Positions 8,563-17,957 are shown, counted from the first letter of the stretch. The stretch: 64,000 nt of DNA from Candidatus Moraniibacteriota bacterium (GCA_003483065.1 DMWY01000001.1:72606-136605), one strand, 5' to 3'. Program-made: numbers and translations. The notes: a model not told the origin generated them from the letters alone.

Positions 8563-9522
8563 TTAGCGCAACAGTGTCAAAAGTTTCTTTTTAAGCATTT
8601 CAATTTCTTCAAAATTATGAATAGAAACTGGAATAACTTCACATTTATTTTTTGCTTGGAATTTTTTCATTTGCTTGGCTAAATCTTTAGGGTCGATCAA
8701 ATCACTTTTGGTAAACAAAACTAGCTCTTTTTTTTCTAATAGTTCCGGATTATATTTTCCTAATTCTTTACGAATTACTTTGTAATCACGAAGGATATCG
8801 TCTGATTCCAGCGATAGACAATGAACCAATATTTTTGTTCTTTGAATGTGGCGCAAAAATTTTATCCCCAATCCTTTTCCAGCGGAAGCGCCTTCAATTA
8901 ATCCTGGAATATCAGCAATTATAAAGTCATCAAATACGCCCAGATTTGGTTCAAGGGTGGTGAAATGATAGGCGGCCACTTTTGCGTGAGCGGAAGTGAT
9001 TTCGTTGAGTAGGGATGATTTTCCGGCGCTTGGGAGGCCAATTAGCCCAATATCCGCGATAAGACGGAGTTCCAAAGAAAATTCAAATTTTTGACCGAGT
9101 TTACCCTCCTTGAATTCTTCCGGTGAAGTATTGGTCGAAGAGCGAAAAAAGAAATTGCCTTGTCCGCCAACTCCACCTCTAGTGGCAAGAATTTTCTCTC
9201 CAACCTTGGTAATTTCAATACTTTTGCCAGTTTCTAATTGTGTGATTACTGTACCAATTGGTACAGTCAAAAATAGGTCTTTTCCATTCGGCCCGTCAGA
9301 TCGATTAGATCTCCCTCTGGCTCCATCCTCCGCATAATGCTCTTTAAGGTGACGATATTTATTCAAAGCAAAAACATCGGATACGCCCTCAAAATAAACC
9401 GATCCTCCATTACCACCCTTTCCGCCAGTCGGTCCCAGAGACATCATTATTTTGTCAAAAGCCACGACCCCGTCGCCTCCTTTGCCAGCTTCAATTTTGA
9501 TTTTAGCTTCATCAGTGAGCAT
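8563..9522 (-). CDS. obg: GTPase Obg
   Basis: Gly-rich Obg fold (GGDGVVAF, GGKGGNGG) and G-domain GLPSAGKSSL...DIPGLIEGA. Confidence 0.9.
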   Translation of the reverse strand: MLTDEAKIKIEAGKGGDGVVAFDKIMMSLGPTGGKGGNGGSVYFEGVSDVFALNKYRHLKEHYAEDGARGRSNRSDGPNGKDLFLTVPIGTVITQLETGKSIEITKVGEKILATRGGVGGQGNFFFRSSTNTSPEEFKEGKLGQKFEFSLELRLIADIGLIGLPSAGKSSLLNEITSAHAKVAAYHFTTLEPNLGVFDDFIIADIPGLIEGASAGKGLGIKFLRHIQRTKILVHCLSLESDDILRDYKVIRKELGKYNPELLEKKELVLFTKSDLIDPKDLAKQMKKFQAKNKCEVIPVSIHNFEEIEMLKKKLLTLLR

Positions 9523-9531
9523 AATTTTCTT

Positions 9532-9564
9532 TACTAATTACTAATTTATTAAGAATATACTAAT
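9532..9564. repeat. TACTAAT heptamer array upstream of obg
   Basis: Three TACTAAT copies at 9532, 9539 and 9558. Related to the TACGAAT arrays at 11045, 54288 and 58173. Confidence 0.5.
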
Positions 9565-9614
9565 GCATTATTGTTTATATACTATACTGCAAATTTATTA
9601 ATTAGTAAAGGAAA

Positions 9615-9666
9615 TAAAAAAAACGCCCCGTGAGGAACGTTAGCAACGTTTTTTCTCCTCACGGGG
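9615..9666 (-). terminator. Rho-independent terminator downstream of yidD
   Basis: 11-bp GC-rich stem CCCCGTGAGGA / TCCTCACGGGG (9626-9636 / 9656-9666) followed on the minus strand by a U-run (A-run 9615-9623 on plus). Confidence 0.6.
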
Positions 9667-9737
9667 TAAAACTTCTTTGATCAGTAATCGCATAGGATCC
9701 CTCCTTTTTTTATGCGTAAAACAGAACTAATAAAATA

Positions 9738-10001
9738 TTATGATAATTTATTTTTATTGTCAAATTTTTTCGGCACCGGATCATATCCTCCATCATTCCA
9801 AGGATGGCAACGGATAATTCGTTTGATGCCAAGATACCCACCCTTGGCCACGCCAAAGCGGTCAATCGCTTCATAGGTGTATTGACTGCAGGAAGGATGA
9901 AAACGGCAATAGCGCTCGGAGGTGACGCGAGATAGCCAGCTATGATCAAGGGAAAGTGTTTTTTGATAAAGCCGGATTAGAAATAAAATTATCTTTTTCA
10001 T
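9738..10001 (-). CDS. yidD: membrane protein insertion efficiency factor YidD
   Basis: [14 protein letters not shown]...[11 protein letters not shown]... YidD/hemolytic-domain signature. Confidence 0.85.
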   Translation of the reverse strand: MKKIILFLIRLYQKTLSLDHSWLSRVTSERYCRFHPSCSQYTYEAIDRFGVAKGGYLGIKRIIRCHPWNDGGYDPVPKKFDNKNKLS

Positions 10002-10020
10002 ATTTAATTTATTTAGCTCT

Positions 10021-10049
10021 TTGTCAATAATTATATTTACTGGTATAAT
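10021..10049 (+). promoter_or_regulatory. sigma70-like promoter for the corA-like gene (TTGTCA-17-TATAAT)
   Basis: -35 TTGTCA at 10021-10026, 17-nt spacer, -10 TATAAT at 10044-10049, about 80 nt upstream of the ATG. Confidence 0.4.
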
Positions 10050-10131
10050 TTACCTATAATAGTTTATTCTAATACTTCTACTGCAAATCTACAAATAGAA
10101 TTCTAATTTGTAAATTCGTAGGTTAAAATTT

Positions 10132-11040
10132 ATGGAAACAGTCAAATGTAATGATTTGGTTTGGCATTATTTCAAAGAACCTAATGCAGATGATGTGTTA
10201 AAAATTCAAAAAAAATATAATCTACATCCACTCATCATTGAAGAATTTTCCACGCCGACATTGCGTCCAAAAGCCACACAATATGACAACTGCCTCTTCC
10301 TCTCTATCCATATTCCCCTTTTTGACACTGAGGACAAAACTACTTATCCAGCAGAAATTGACATAGTTCTTTGCGAAAATGCTTTGATTACTTCTCATGA
10401 CCGAGATATTTTTCAACTGACTGATTTTTTCAATGAATTGAAAGACGACAAAGCCAAAAGAGAAATTTATATGAATCAGTCTCCGGGTGCACTATTGCGT
10501 TATGCAATCGAAATGCTTCTCGAAACTTGTTTTCCAAAACTCGATCACATTTCCAAAAAATTAGATTATGTAGAAAAAGAAATTTTTGCTGGTCACGAAA
10601 AGGAAATGGTTTTTGAAATATCGGTAGTCAAAAGAGATATTTTGAATTTTCGTCGTACAATGAAACCGCAACGCTCAGTTTTTGAATCTTTGGCGCAAAA
10701 AGATTTCAAGCTAATTGAACCCGCTCTAAAGCCATACTATCAAGATTTAATTGGAACCAATATTCGCATTTGGAATAATTTAGAAAGTGCTAAAGAAACT
10801 ATTGAATCCTTGGAAGAAACAAATAATTCTCTGCTTTCCAATAAGCTAGATATGACAATGAAAGTGCTCACGATTTTTTCCGCCGTGATGCTTCCAATGA
10901 CAGTTTATTCTAATATTCTTGCCATGAGCGCCGACATTCCTTTTGGCAAAGACCCGCATGCTTTTTGGATTCATCTTGCGATTATGTTTTTTCTCTCCGC
11001 AATGACTATTTCAATTTTTAAGATGAGAAAATGGTTGTAG
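10132..11040 (+). CDS. corA: CorA-family divalent cation transporter with non-canonical pore motif
   Basis: CorA architecture: cytoplasmic domain, two C-terminal TM helices, C-terminal KMRKWL. The canonical YGMNF loop is replaced by VYSNIL. Confidence 0.75.
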   Translation: METVKCNDLVWHYFKEPNADDVLKIQKKYNLHPLIIEEFSTPTLRPKATQYDNCLFLSIHIPLFDTEDKTTYPAEIDIVLCENALITSHDRDIFQLTDFFNELKDDKAKREIYMNQSPGALLRYAIEMLLETCFPKLDHISKKLDYVEKEIFAGHEKEMVFEISVVKRDILNFRRTMKPQRSVFESLAQKDFKLIEPALKPYYQDLIGTNIRIWNNLESAKETIESLEETNNSLLSNKLDMTMKVLTIFSAVMLPMTVYSNILAMSADIPFGKDPHAFWIHLAIMFFLSAMTISIFKMRKWL

Positions 11041-11044
11041 TCCT

Positions 11045-11093
11045 TACGAATTACGAATCTATACGAATCTATACGAATGTACGAATTTACGAA
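11045..11093. repeat. TACGAAT heptamer array upstream of cysS
   Basis: Five TACGAAT copies spaced 7-11 bp within 50 bp. Confidence 0.6.
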
Positions 11094-11116
11094 AAATAAG
11101 AAATTTTAAAAAATTT

Positions 11117-12553
11117 ATGTTATCACTCTATAACACTTTAACTAAGCAAAAAGAAGCATTCAAATCAATTAATCCCGGAAAGGTCGGGATGTATTCTTGT
11201 GGGCCGACCGTCTATGACTATATTCACATTGGCAATATTAGGGCCTATCTTAATGCGGATATTTTGAGAAGATATTTGGTGTATTTGGGTTACGAAGTAC
11301 GGCATATAAAAAACATCACAGACGTTGGACACTTGACCGAGGATGATATCGCTCAGGGTGATTCTGGCGATGACAAGATTGCCAAAAAAGCGCTTAGCGA
11401 GAGAAAAACCCCGGAAGAAATTGCGCGTTTCTATGAAGAAAAATTCAAAGAAGTAGAAAAAGAAATGAATATTTTGCCTGCACACTATTTTCCTCGCGCG
11501 ACCGCTCATGTCCCGCAGATGATAAAAATAATTTCAAGTCTTATTGAAAAGGAATATGCTTACGAAAAAAATGGCAACGTATTTTTTGATGTGACAAAAT
11601 TTGACGAATATGGAAAACTTTCCGGCAATACTCTCGATAATTTGAAAGTCGGAGCACGTCTCGAAGAACATCCAGACAAAAAAAATCCTTGGGATTTTGC
11701 ATTGTGGCTCAAAGCTTCCAAGGAACATTTGATGAAATGGGAAAGTCCTTGGGGAATCGGATATCCTGGATGGCACATTGAGTGCTCAGCAATGAGCACG
11801 GAATATTTGGGAGATACGCTTGACATTCACACCGGTGGAGAAGACAATATTTTTCCTCATCATGAAGCAGAAATTGCTCAAAGCGAATGTTCTAGCGAAA
11901 AAAAGTTTGTTAATTTTTGGGTGCATAATCGACATCTTTTGGTGGATGGGAAGAAGATGTCAAAATCGAAAGGTAATTTCTATCTCTTGAAAGATATCCT
12001 AGAAAAAGGCTATACTGCCAACGAAATGCGCCTCCTTCTTCTTTCTTCGCACTATCGCAGTCAAATGAATTTTACTTGGGAGGCCATGGAACAGGCCAAA
12101 AATAATTTGCAAAAAATTTCTGATTGGGTGAATAATTTGAAGAATGTTTCTGGTGTGTCGAAAGGTGAACTTTTGGAAAAAATAGATTTTTCTCATATTT
12201 ATCAAAAACGCTTTGAAAGCGCGATGAATGATGATATCAATACCCCACTGGCCTTAGCGGTTATATATGATTTGATTAGCGAGACTAACAAAATGATTTC
12301 TGAGGACAAATTGGACAAGGAAACAGCGGATAATATTTTGAAATTTTGGGAAAGAATAAATAAGGTTTTTGGATTGATAATCTCAGAAAACAAAATTGAA
12401 ATTCCAGCGGATATTTTGACGCTCGCCGAAGAGCGAAAACAAGCTCGTATCAGTGGAAATTTTGCAGTGTCAGATGAACTGCGAAAAAAAATTGAATTAG
12501 CAGGTTATGTGATTGAAGATTTAAAGGATAATAATTATTTAATTAAAAAATAA
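11117..12553 (+). CDS. cysS: cysteinyl-tRNA synthetase
   Basis: Class I HIGN-type motif (GPTVYDYIHIGNIRAY), KMSKSKGN and zinc-binding Cys. Confidence 0.9.
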   Translation: MLSLYNTLTKQKEAFKSINPGKVGMYSCGPTVYDYIHIGNIRAYLNADILRRYLVYLGYEVRHIKNITDVGHLTEDDIAQGDSGDDKIAKKALSERKTPEEIARFYEEKFKEVEKEMNILPAHYFPRATAHVPQMIKIISSLIEKEYAYEKNGNVFFDVTKFDEYGKLSGNTLDNLKVGARLEEHPDKKNPWDFALWLKASKEHLMKWESPWGIGYPGWHIECSAMSTEYLGDTLDIHTGGEDNIFPHHEAEIAQSECSSEKKFVNFWVHNRHLLVDGKKMSKSKGNFYLLKDILEKGYTANEMRLLLLSSHYRSQMNFTWEAMEQAKNNLQKISDWVNNLKNVSGVSKGELLEKIDFSHIYQKRFESAMNDDINTPLALAVIYDLISETNKMISEDKLDKETADNILKFWERINKVFGLIISENKIEIPADILTLAEERKQARISGNFAVSDELRKKIELAGYVIEDLKDNNYLIKK

Positions 12554-12557
12554 AATC

Positions 12558-12731
12558 ATGACTGATGAATGTATAAAAAAATGTAAGGTGACGGATGTGG
12601 AAAAAAATGCTTGTGCGTGTGATATCCATAGGTCAGCTGAAGACAAAGTGGAGGATTTGAAAGAAGCTATTGCAGCTTTAGGATATAAGGTGGAACAAAC
12701 TCCTGAGGGAGATATAAAAATAAGTGAATAA
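12558..12731 (+). CDS. small Cys-containing protein (57 aa), possible metal-binding (HMA-like C-terminal signature)
   Basis: ATG at 12558, TAA at 12729. MTDECIKKC...NACAC...EAIAALGYKVE. Fills the cysS-dus gap and overlaps the GTG start of dus by 8 nt. Not in the ORF track (<60 aa). Confidence 0.3.
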   Translation: MTDECIKKCKVTDVEKNACACDIHRSAEDKVEDLKEAIAALGYKVEQTPEGDIKISE

Positions 12732-13695
12732 AAATTTTTGGTTAAAATTGAAAAAACCAATCTTGGCTCTGGCGCCGATGGCAGGCATAACGGATAGTGC
12801 GTTCCGTCAGATTTGCCAAAGATATGGAGCGGATGTGGTGTATTCGGAAATGGCGAGCGTGAGCGCGCTTTTTTTCAAGCCACAAAAAACTTTGGAGTTG
12901 GTAAAATTTGATAAAACCGAGCGACCATACGTCGTACAACTTTTTGGCAAGGAGCCAGCACATTTTGCCAAAGCGACTAAAATTATTTCGCAAATAGTGA
13001 AACCGGATGGCATCGACATCAATTTTGGTTGTCCGGCTAAAAAAGTTTTTGGTCATGGTTCAGGTTGCGCGCTAATGATGCAAAAAGAATTGGCACGTGA
13101 AATTATTTCGGCCGTTTGCGAAAATACTAAATTGCCGGTATCGATAAAAATTCGTGCTGGCGTCAAGGATACGACCGCCTTAGAATTTGTCAAAAACACA
13201 GCTGATCTCCCCTACTCGGCTATTATGATTCACGGTCGAACATATGAGGGTGGGTTTTCCGGCCCGCTAAATTTCAAACTTGTTGAAAAAATAAAAAAAA
13301 TGTTTCCTGATAAAATTGTTTTGGCTAATGGTGGGATAAATTCAGCCGAGGATGGTGCGAAAATATTACAAAATTATCCCCTTCTTGATGGTCTTGGAAT
13401 TGCTCGGGGCGCTTGGGGAAGGCCGTGGATATTTGAGGAAATCAAAGATTTATTGAATTGTGTAGAGACGCCCCGACGGGGCGTCTCTACGGGGGCAAAT
13501 TATGATTTCCCACGCATCAAAAAAATCATGCTTCTTCATGCAAAATTAATCCACAAAGACAAGGGTCAACAAGGTCTTTTTGAAATTAGAAAGCATATGA
13601 GCTGGTACGTCAAAGGCTTCCCTGGGGCTTCAGAACTGCGTAGAAAACTAGTTATGGCGAATAGCTTAGAGGAAATAAAGGAAATTCTAAGCTAA
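12724..13695 (+). CDS. dusB: tRNA-dihydrouridine synthase
   Basis: LAPMAGITDSAFR, NFGCP and catalytic Cys region of the Dus TIM barrel. GTG start as listed; the true start may be slightly downstream. Confidence 0.85.
   Translation: MNKNFWLKLKKPILALAPMAGITDSAFRQICQRYGADVVYSEMASVSALFFKPQKTLELVKFDKTERPYVVQLFGKEPAHFAKATKIISQIVKPDGIDINFGCPAKKVFGHGSGCALMMQKELAREIISAVCENTKLPVSIKIRAGVKDTTALEFVKNTADLPYSAIMIHGRTYEGGFSGPLNFKLVEKIKKMFPDKIVLANGGINSAEDGAKILQNYPLLDGLGIARGAWGRPWIFEEIKDLLNCVETPRRGVSTGANYDFPRIKKIMLLHAKLIHKDKGQQGLFEIRKHMSWYVKGFPGASELRRKLVMANSLEEIKEILS
13464..13488. repeat. GC-rich perfect palindrome (AGAGACGCCCCG-a-CGGGGCGTCTCT) embedded in-frame in dus
   Basis: 12-bp arms are exact reverse complements. 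Encodes ...VETPRRGVSTG..., an extra segment relative to Dus homologues. Confidence 0.7.
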
Positions 13696-13792
13696 TCTTT
13701 TTATTTAATAACTTGCGCATAAACTGGGTAAAAGCGCAAGTTGATTTTTGTGGGTTAGTTGCTATAATGTATAAACGATAAAGAAAAAAATT

Positions 13793-15157
13793 ATGGCAAA
13801 ATCAACCTCAAACAACGACCTAAAAATTCCACCACAAAACATCGAGGCTGAAAGATCGGTTTTGGGGGCTTTGATGTTGGATAAGGATGCGGTTATTAAG
13901 ATTGCCAATCTGGTGCGATTAGGTGATTTTTATCGGGATGATCACAACATCATCTATGAAGCGATGATGGAGCTCTATGAACAGCGCGAACCGATTGATG
14001 TTTTGAGTTTGTCTAATCGTTTGGAAGAAAAAAAACTTTTGGATAAGGTTGGCGGTTCCAGTTATTTGACTGAACTGGTAAACAGCGTGCCTTCTAGTTC
14101 AAATATTGCTCATTATGCCAAAGTGGTGCAAAAAAAATCTACTTTGCGAAAACTGATTATCACAGCCAGTGAAATTGTGGAGCTGGGTTATCGCGAAGAG
14201 GAAGACGTGGAAAAAATTCTTGATAGCGCTGAACAAAAGCTTTTTGGAGTTTCACAAAAATATATCAAGCAGGATTTTGTGCCAATCAAATCAATTTTGG
14301 AATCAGCTTTCAATCGAATTGATGAACTTCACAAGGGCGATCATAAATTACGCGGTATTCCAACAGGCTATCCTGATATGGACAATATCTTGGCTGGCTT
14401 TCAAAAATCTGATTTGGTAATTTTAGCTGCGCGACCTTCGATTGGAAAAACAACTCTCGCACTTGACCTTGCTCGTCAAATTGCTGTTAAGGAAAAAGTG
14501 CCAGTAGGAATTTTTTCACTGGAAATGGGCGCCGACCAATTGATCGACAGAATGCTTTCGGCTCAATCAGGCGTGGATTTGTGGCGACTGCGTACCGGAA
14601 GACTCAAAACTGGCGAAGGTGATGATGACTTCCAAAGAATTGGCGAGGCAATGGGAACACTCTCTGAGGCTCCAATTTATATTGATGACGCTGGAAGTGC
14701 CAATGTAATGGAGATGCGTACCATGGCAAGACGATTGCAATCAGAACATAATGTGGGACTGATTATAATCGACTATTTGCAACTTATGGAAGGTAGAAAT
14801 GGTGGTGGTGACAACCGCGTAAATGAAATTTCAGAAATTTCCCGCGCATTAAAACAATTGGCGCGTGAACTCAATATTCCAGTCATCGCGCTTTCTCAGT
14901 TGTCGCGTGCGGTGGAATCTCGCAGTCCGCAAATTCCAAAACTTTCTGACCTTCGTGAATCAGGATCAATCGAGCAGGACGCCGATGTCGTCATGTTTTT
15001 GTATCGTGAAGATCGTGAAAAACCCGATACGCCAAACAAGAATATTGTTGAAGTGCATGTGGCAAAACACAGAAATGGTCCAGTTGGCAGATTTTCTCTA
15101 TATTTCCAAGAAAATTCCACTACCTTTAAGTCATTAGAACGGGTTCATACTGAATAA
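13793..15157 (+). CDS. dnaB: replicative DNA helicase DnaB
   Basis: N-terminal DnaB domain, Walker A ARPSIGKTTLALD and RecA-like motifs. 454 aa with no intein. Confidence 0.9.
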   Translation: MAKSTSNNDLKIPPQNIEAERSVLGALMLDKDAVIKIANLVRLGDFYRDDHNIIYEAMMELYEQREPIDVLSLSNRLEEKKLLDKVGGSSYLTELVNSVPSSSNIAHYAKVVQKKSTLRKLIITASEIVELGYREEEDVEKILDSAEQKLFGVSQKYIKQDFVPIKSILESAFNRIDELHKGDHKLRGIPTGYPDMDNILAGFQKSDLVILAARPSIGKTTLALDLARQIAVKEKVPVGIFSLEMGADQLIDRMLSAQSGVDLWRLRTGRLKTGEGDDDFQRIGEAMGTLSEAPIYIDDAGSANVMEMRTMARRLQSEHNVGLIIIDYLQLMEGRNGGGDNRVNEISEISRALKQLARELNIPVIALSQLSRAVESRSPQIPKLSDLRESGSIEQDADVVMFLYREDREKPDTPNKNIVEVHVAKHRNGPVGRFSLYFQENSTTFKSLERVHTE

Positions 15158-15158
15158 A

Positions 15159-15746
15159 ATGTATCCAAAATCTTTCAAAAAACTAATTGATTATTTTTCT
15201 TCCCTTCCCTCTGTAGGACCAAAAATGGCTGAAAGGCTGGTTTTGTATCTCTTTAAACAAGACAAAGAAATGCTAGTTGAATTTGGCAATTCTCTTTCAA
15301 ATTTGAAAATAAATCTGCGTCATTGTGAAAAATGTTTTAATATCAGCGAAGAAAATTTATGTGATATATGCAAAGATGGTTCTCGAAATATTAACAAAAT
15401 CTGCGTGGTTGAAGAACCGCTTGATATAATTGCCATTGAACGAACAAAAAAATATGACGGACTCTATCATGTTTTGGGTGGAACATTGGGTATTGCAAAA
15501 AATGATGATCCAAGTCAATTGAAATTAAACGAATTGCAAAAAAGAGTATCAAATGAAAAAATTGGAGAGATAATTTTGGCCATGAATCCAACTACTGAGG
15601 GTGACGCTACGGCGCTTTATATTGCCAGAATGCTAAAGGAAACTTCTGCCAATGTCACCAAGCTTGCTCGCGGACTTTCCACGGGCTCTGACATCGAGTA
15701 CGCTGATGAGCTAACACTAGGAAGTGCGATAATAAACAGGAAATAA
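15159..15746 (+). CDS. recR: recombination protein RecR
   Basis: HhH, C4 zinc finger (CEKC...CDIC) and Toprim domain. Confidence 0.9.
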   Translation: MYPKSFKKLIDYFSSLPSVGPKMAERLVLYLFKQDKEMLVEFGNSLSNLKINLRHCEKCFNISEENLCDICKDGSRNINKICVVEEPLDIIAIERTKKYDGLYHVLGGTLGIAKNDDPSQLKLNELQKRVSNEKIGEIILAMNPTTEGDATALYIARMLKETSANVTKLARGLSTGSDIEYADELTLGSAIINRK

Positions 15747-15872
15747 GTAAAGAAGAAAATTAGAAATTAGTTTAAGAAAATAGAAAGCAGAAAAAAGTTT
15801 TTTTATATTCAATTTTCCAATTTCAAATTGCCTGAGCTATTTTCTAATTTCTAACAACCAATTTCCAGACTT

Positions 15873-15902
15873 AAAAAAAACAGGCTTTCGCCTGTTTTTG
15901 CT
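15873..15902. terminator. bidirectional Rho-independent terminator (recR / rplU convergent)
   Basis: AAAACAGGC-tttc-GCCTGTTTT perfect hairpin (15877-15898) flanked by an A-run and a T-run. Confidence 0.6.
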
Positions 15903-16211
15903 TTATCCAATCTTAGTGATTTCCACCTCTGTCATCGTCTGTCTGTGTCCGAATTTCACCTTGTATCTTTTCTTTGGTTTGAATTTGATTCCTGTCACTT
16001 TTTTACCTTTAGCAGTTTTTAGAATTGTGCCTTCAACTGTGACGCCGGTAAGGATTGGGGTTCCAATTTTGACGTCTTTTTCATCGCCCAAGAAAAGGAC
16101 TTCAGAAAAAACAATCTTACTCCCCTCTTCGCCTTCCAGTTTTTCTACCTTGATTTTGTCGCCTTCATTAACTTTATACTGTTTTCCGCCAGTTTTTATA
16201 ATTGCCAACAT
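15903..16211 (-). CDS. rplU: 50S ribosomal protein L21
   Basis: MLAIIKTGGKQYKV...KFKPKKRYKVKFGHRQ typical bL21. Confidence 0.9.
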   Translation of the reverse strand: MLAIIKTGGKQYKVNEGDKIKVEKLEGEEGSKIVFSEVLFLGDEKDVKIGTPILTGVTVEGTILKTAKGKKVTGIKFKPKKRYKVKFGHRQTMTEVEITKIG

Positions 16212-16330
16212 AGCTGTTTTTATGAGTTTGTTATAATTAAGTAAAATACTACCTAAATACTATATCGCACGGACGCTAATTTGTCAACTGTTTCTGGACA
16301 AAATGCGCTTTCTATAGTAGCATATTAAAT

Positions 16331-17866
16331 ATGGAAAGTTGGAAAAGAAAAGTGTTTTTTTGGATTTTAGTGCTACTGTTTTTTTTAACAGTGCCGGTTA
16401 TAATCCTCAATGCTAAGGGTTATCGCTTCGATAAGGATCGAGGTGTTTTTGTGCATAGCGGAACCATTACTTTCAAATCTAATCCACAAACTGTTGATGT
16501 AAAACTAAATAATGAGCTTTTCGAATCGAAAAAATTAAATCGAATAAATAGTTCTTTTAATGTTTCAGGTATTGTTCCGGGAGAATATAATGTTCAGGTC
16601 TCAGCTCCAGATTTTCAAACTTGGAGCAAAAAAACTCAGGTGCATAGTGGATTGGCCAGTGAATTTTGGAACGTGCTTCTTGTTCGAAAGGATTATGAAA
16701 AAGCTGAGCTTAATACCCCAGAAATTCAAAAATTCTTCACTTCTCCCAGAAATGATCTTTTGGCCTATATCACAAACAAAGAGAATGATTTGACTGTAAA
16801 TATTTTCAATATAGCGACAGGCTTAGTTGATCAAGAAATTAATTTTTCCGATTGGCAATTTATTGAAGATGCTAAAAAAGAAAATATTGAATGGTCCCCT
16901 GACAATTCTTTTTTGTCAGTGCCGGTTAAAAAATTAACAGAAATTACCCCACAAAAAGAAAAAAATATTCTCGTGAAAAATCCAGCAAAAAAGTTAGCCA
17001 GTGAAACACCTGTGGAGTATGAGTATAACTATTTTATTTATGATTTTGCCAATAAAAACAGTCTTAATCTCACTGAAATTTTGAATAAAAAAGAAATTCA
17101 TAACGTCAGGTGGGATCCGAGAGAGATTGGTTTTTTGTTTTTTCTAGAAAACAATATTCTTTTTCGGGTGGATATAAAAAATCCTCAAAATGCGGTTGAA
17201 ATCGCTTTGGATGTTTCCAGTTTTGATCTTTCGGGTTCCTATGTCTATTATGCTCAAAATTCAGGACTGTTATACAAAAATAGTTTGGACGGAAAAAACG
17301 AGCCGACTCAAATTACAAATAATTTTCCTGGTTTCCAAAGTGTCAAAATTTCCTCTGTGGTAGTTTATGATGATTCGAGAATTGCTTTGATTTTGGAGAA
17401 TAAGGATTTTTATATTTTCAATAAAGGTGATTACGGAGATTATTTTAGAAAATTAGCCGACAATATTGAAGAAGCGCATTTTTCCGATGATGGCAAAAAA
17501 ATTCTTTTCTGGTCAAACAATGAAATTTCTGTCTATTTTTTACGTGAACAACTTTCTCAACCAATTCGCCAAGAAAATGAAATGCAAAATATCACTCGCT
17601 ATAGCGAGCCGATCAAAAATGTTCAATGGTTCAAAGATTACGAGCACGTTATTTTCAATTCTGGGAAATGGATAAAAATTATCGAAATTGACCCGCGAGA
17701 TCATGCGAATTGCATGGATCTCATTAATACGGAGACGCTAAATCCTTTCGTTATCTACAATGGCGCCTTGGAGAAAATGTATTTCATTGACACAAAAGAT
17801 GCTATTGCTAACCTATTTTCCATAACCTTTCCCGAAAAAACTACTTTCTTCGGAATCGGCGGATAA
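16331..17866 (+). CDS. membrane-anchored protein with PEGA-like domain and beta-propeller (PD40/TolB-like) repeats
   Basis: N-terminal TM, a PEGA-like segment (VDVKLNNELFESK...GEYNVQVSAPDFQ) and repeated WSPD/FSDDGK beta-propeller-like motifs. Confidence 0.4.
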   Translation: MESWKRKVFFWILVLLFFLTVPVIILNAKGYRFDKDRGVFVHSGTITFKSNPQTVDVKLNNELFESKKLNRINSSFNVSGIVPGEYNVQVSAPDFQTWSKKTQVHSGLASEFWNVLLVRKDYEKAELNTPEIQKFFTSPRNDLLAYITNKENDLTVNIFNIATGLVDQEINFSDWQFIEDAKKENIEWSPDNSFLSVPVKKLTEITPQKEKNILVKNPAKKLASETPVEYEYNYFIYDFANKNSLNLTEILNKKEIHNVRWDPREIGFLFFLENNILFRVDIKNPQNAVEIALDVSSFDLSGSYVYYAQNSGLLYKNSLDGKNEPTQITNNFPGFQSVKISSVVVYDDSRIALILENKDFYIFNKGDYGDYFRKLADNIEEAHFSDDGKKILFWSNNEISVYFLREQLSQPIRQENEMQNITRYSEPIKNVQWFKDYEHVIFNSGKWIKIIEIDPRDHANCMDLINTETLNPFVIYNGALEKMYFIDTKDAIANLFSITFPEKTTFFGIGG

Positions 17867-17868
17867 AA

Positions 17869-17950
17869 GTATGCAAATAGCGCGCTACCTGCCTCGCGTC
17901 GACAAGCGGTCTCTGCGAGTCGAGGCGGGCGAATGCCGGACATGCGAATC
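17869..17950. repeat. GC-rich intergenic repeat (GTATGCAAATAGCGCG...CATGCGAAT family) with internal hairpin
   Basis: Shares GTATGCRAATAGCGCG and GCGAATGC...ACATGCGAAT blocks with 36229-36267. It sits between convergent genes and likely also serves as a terminator. Confidence 0.5.
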
Positions 17951-17957
17951 ACTAGAT

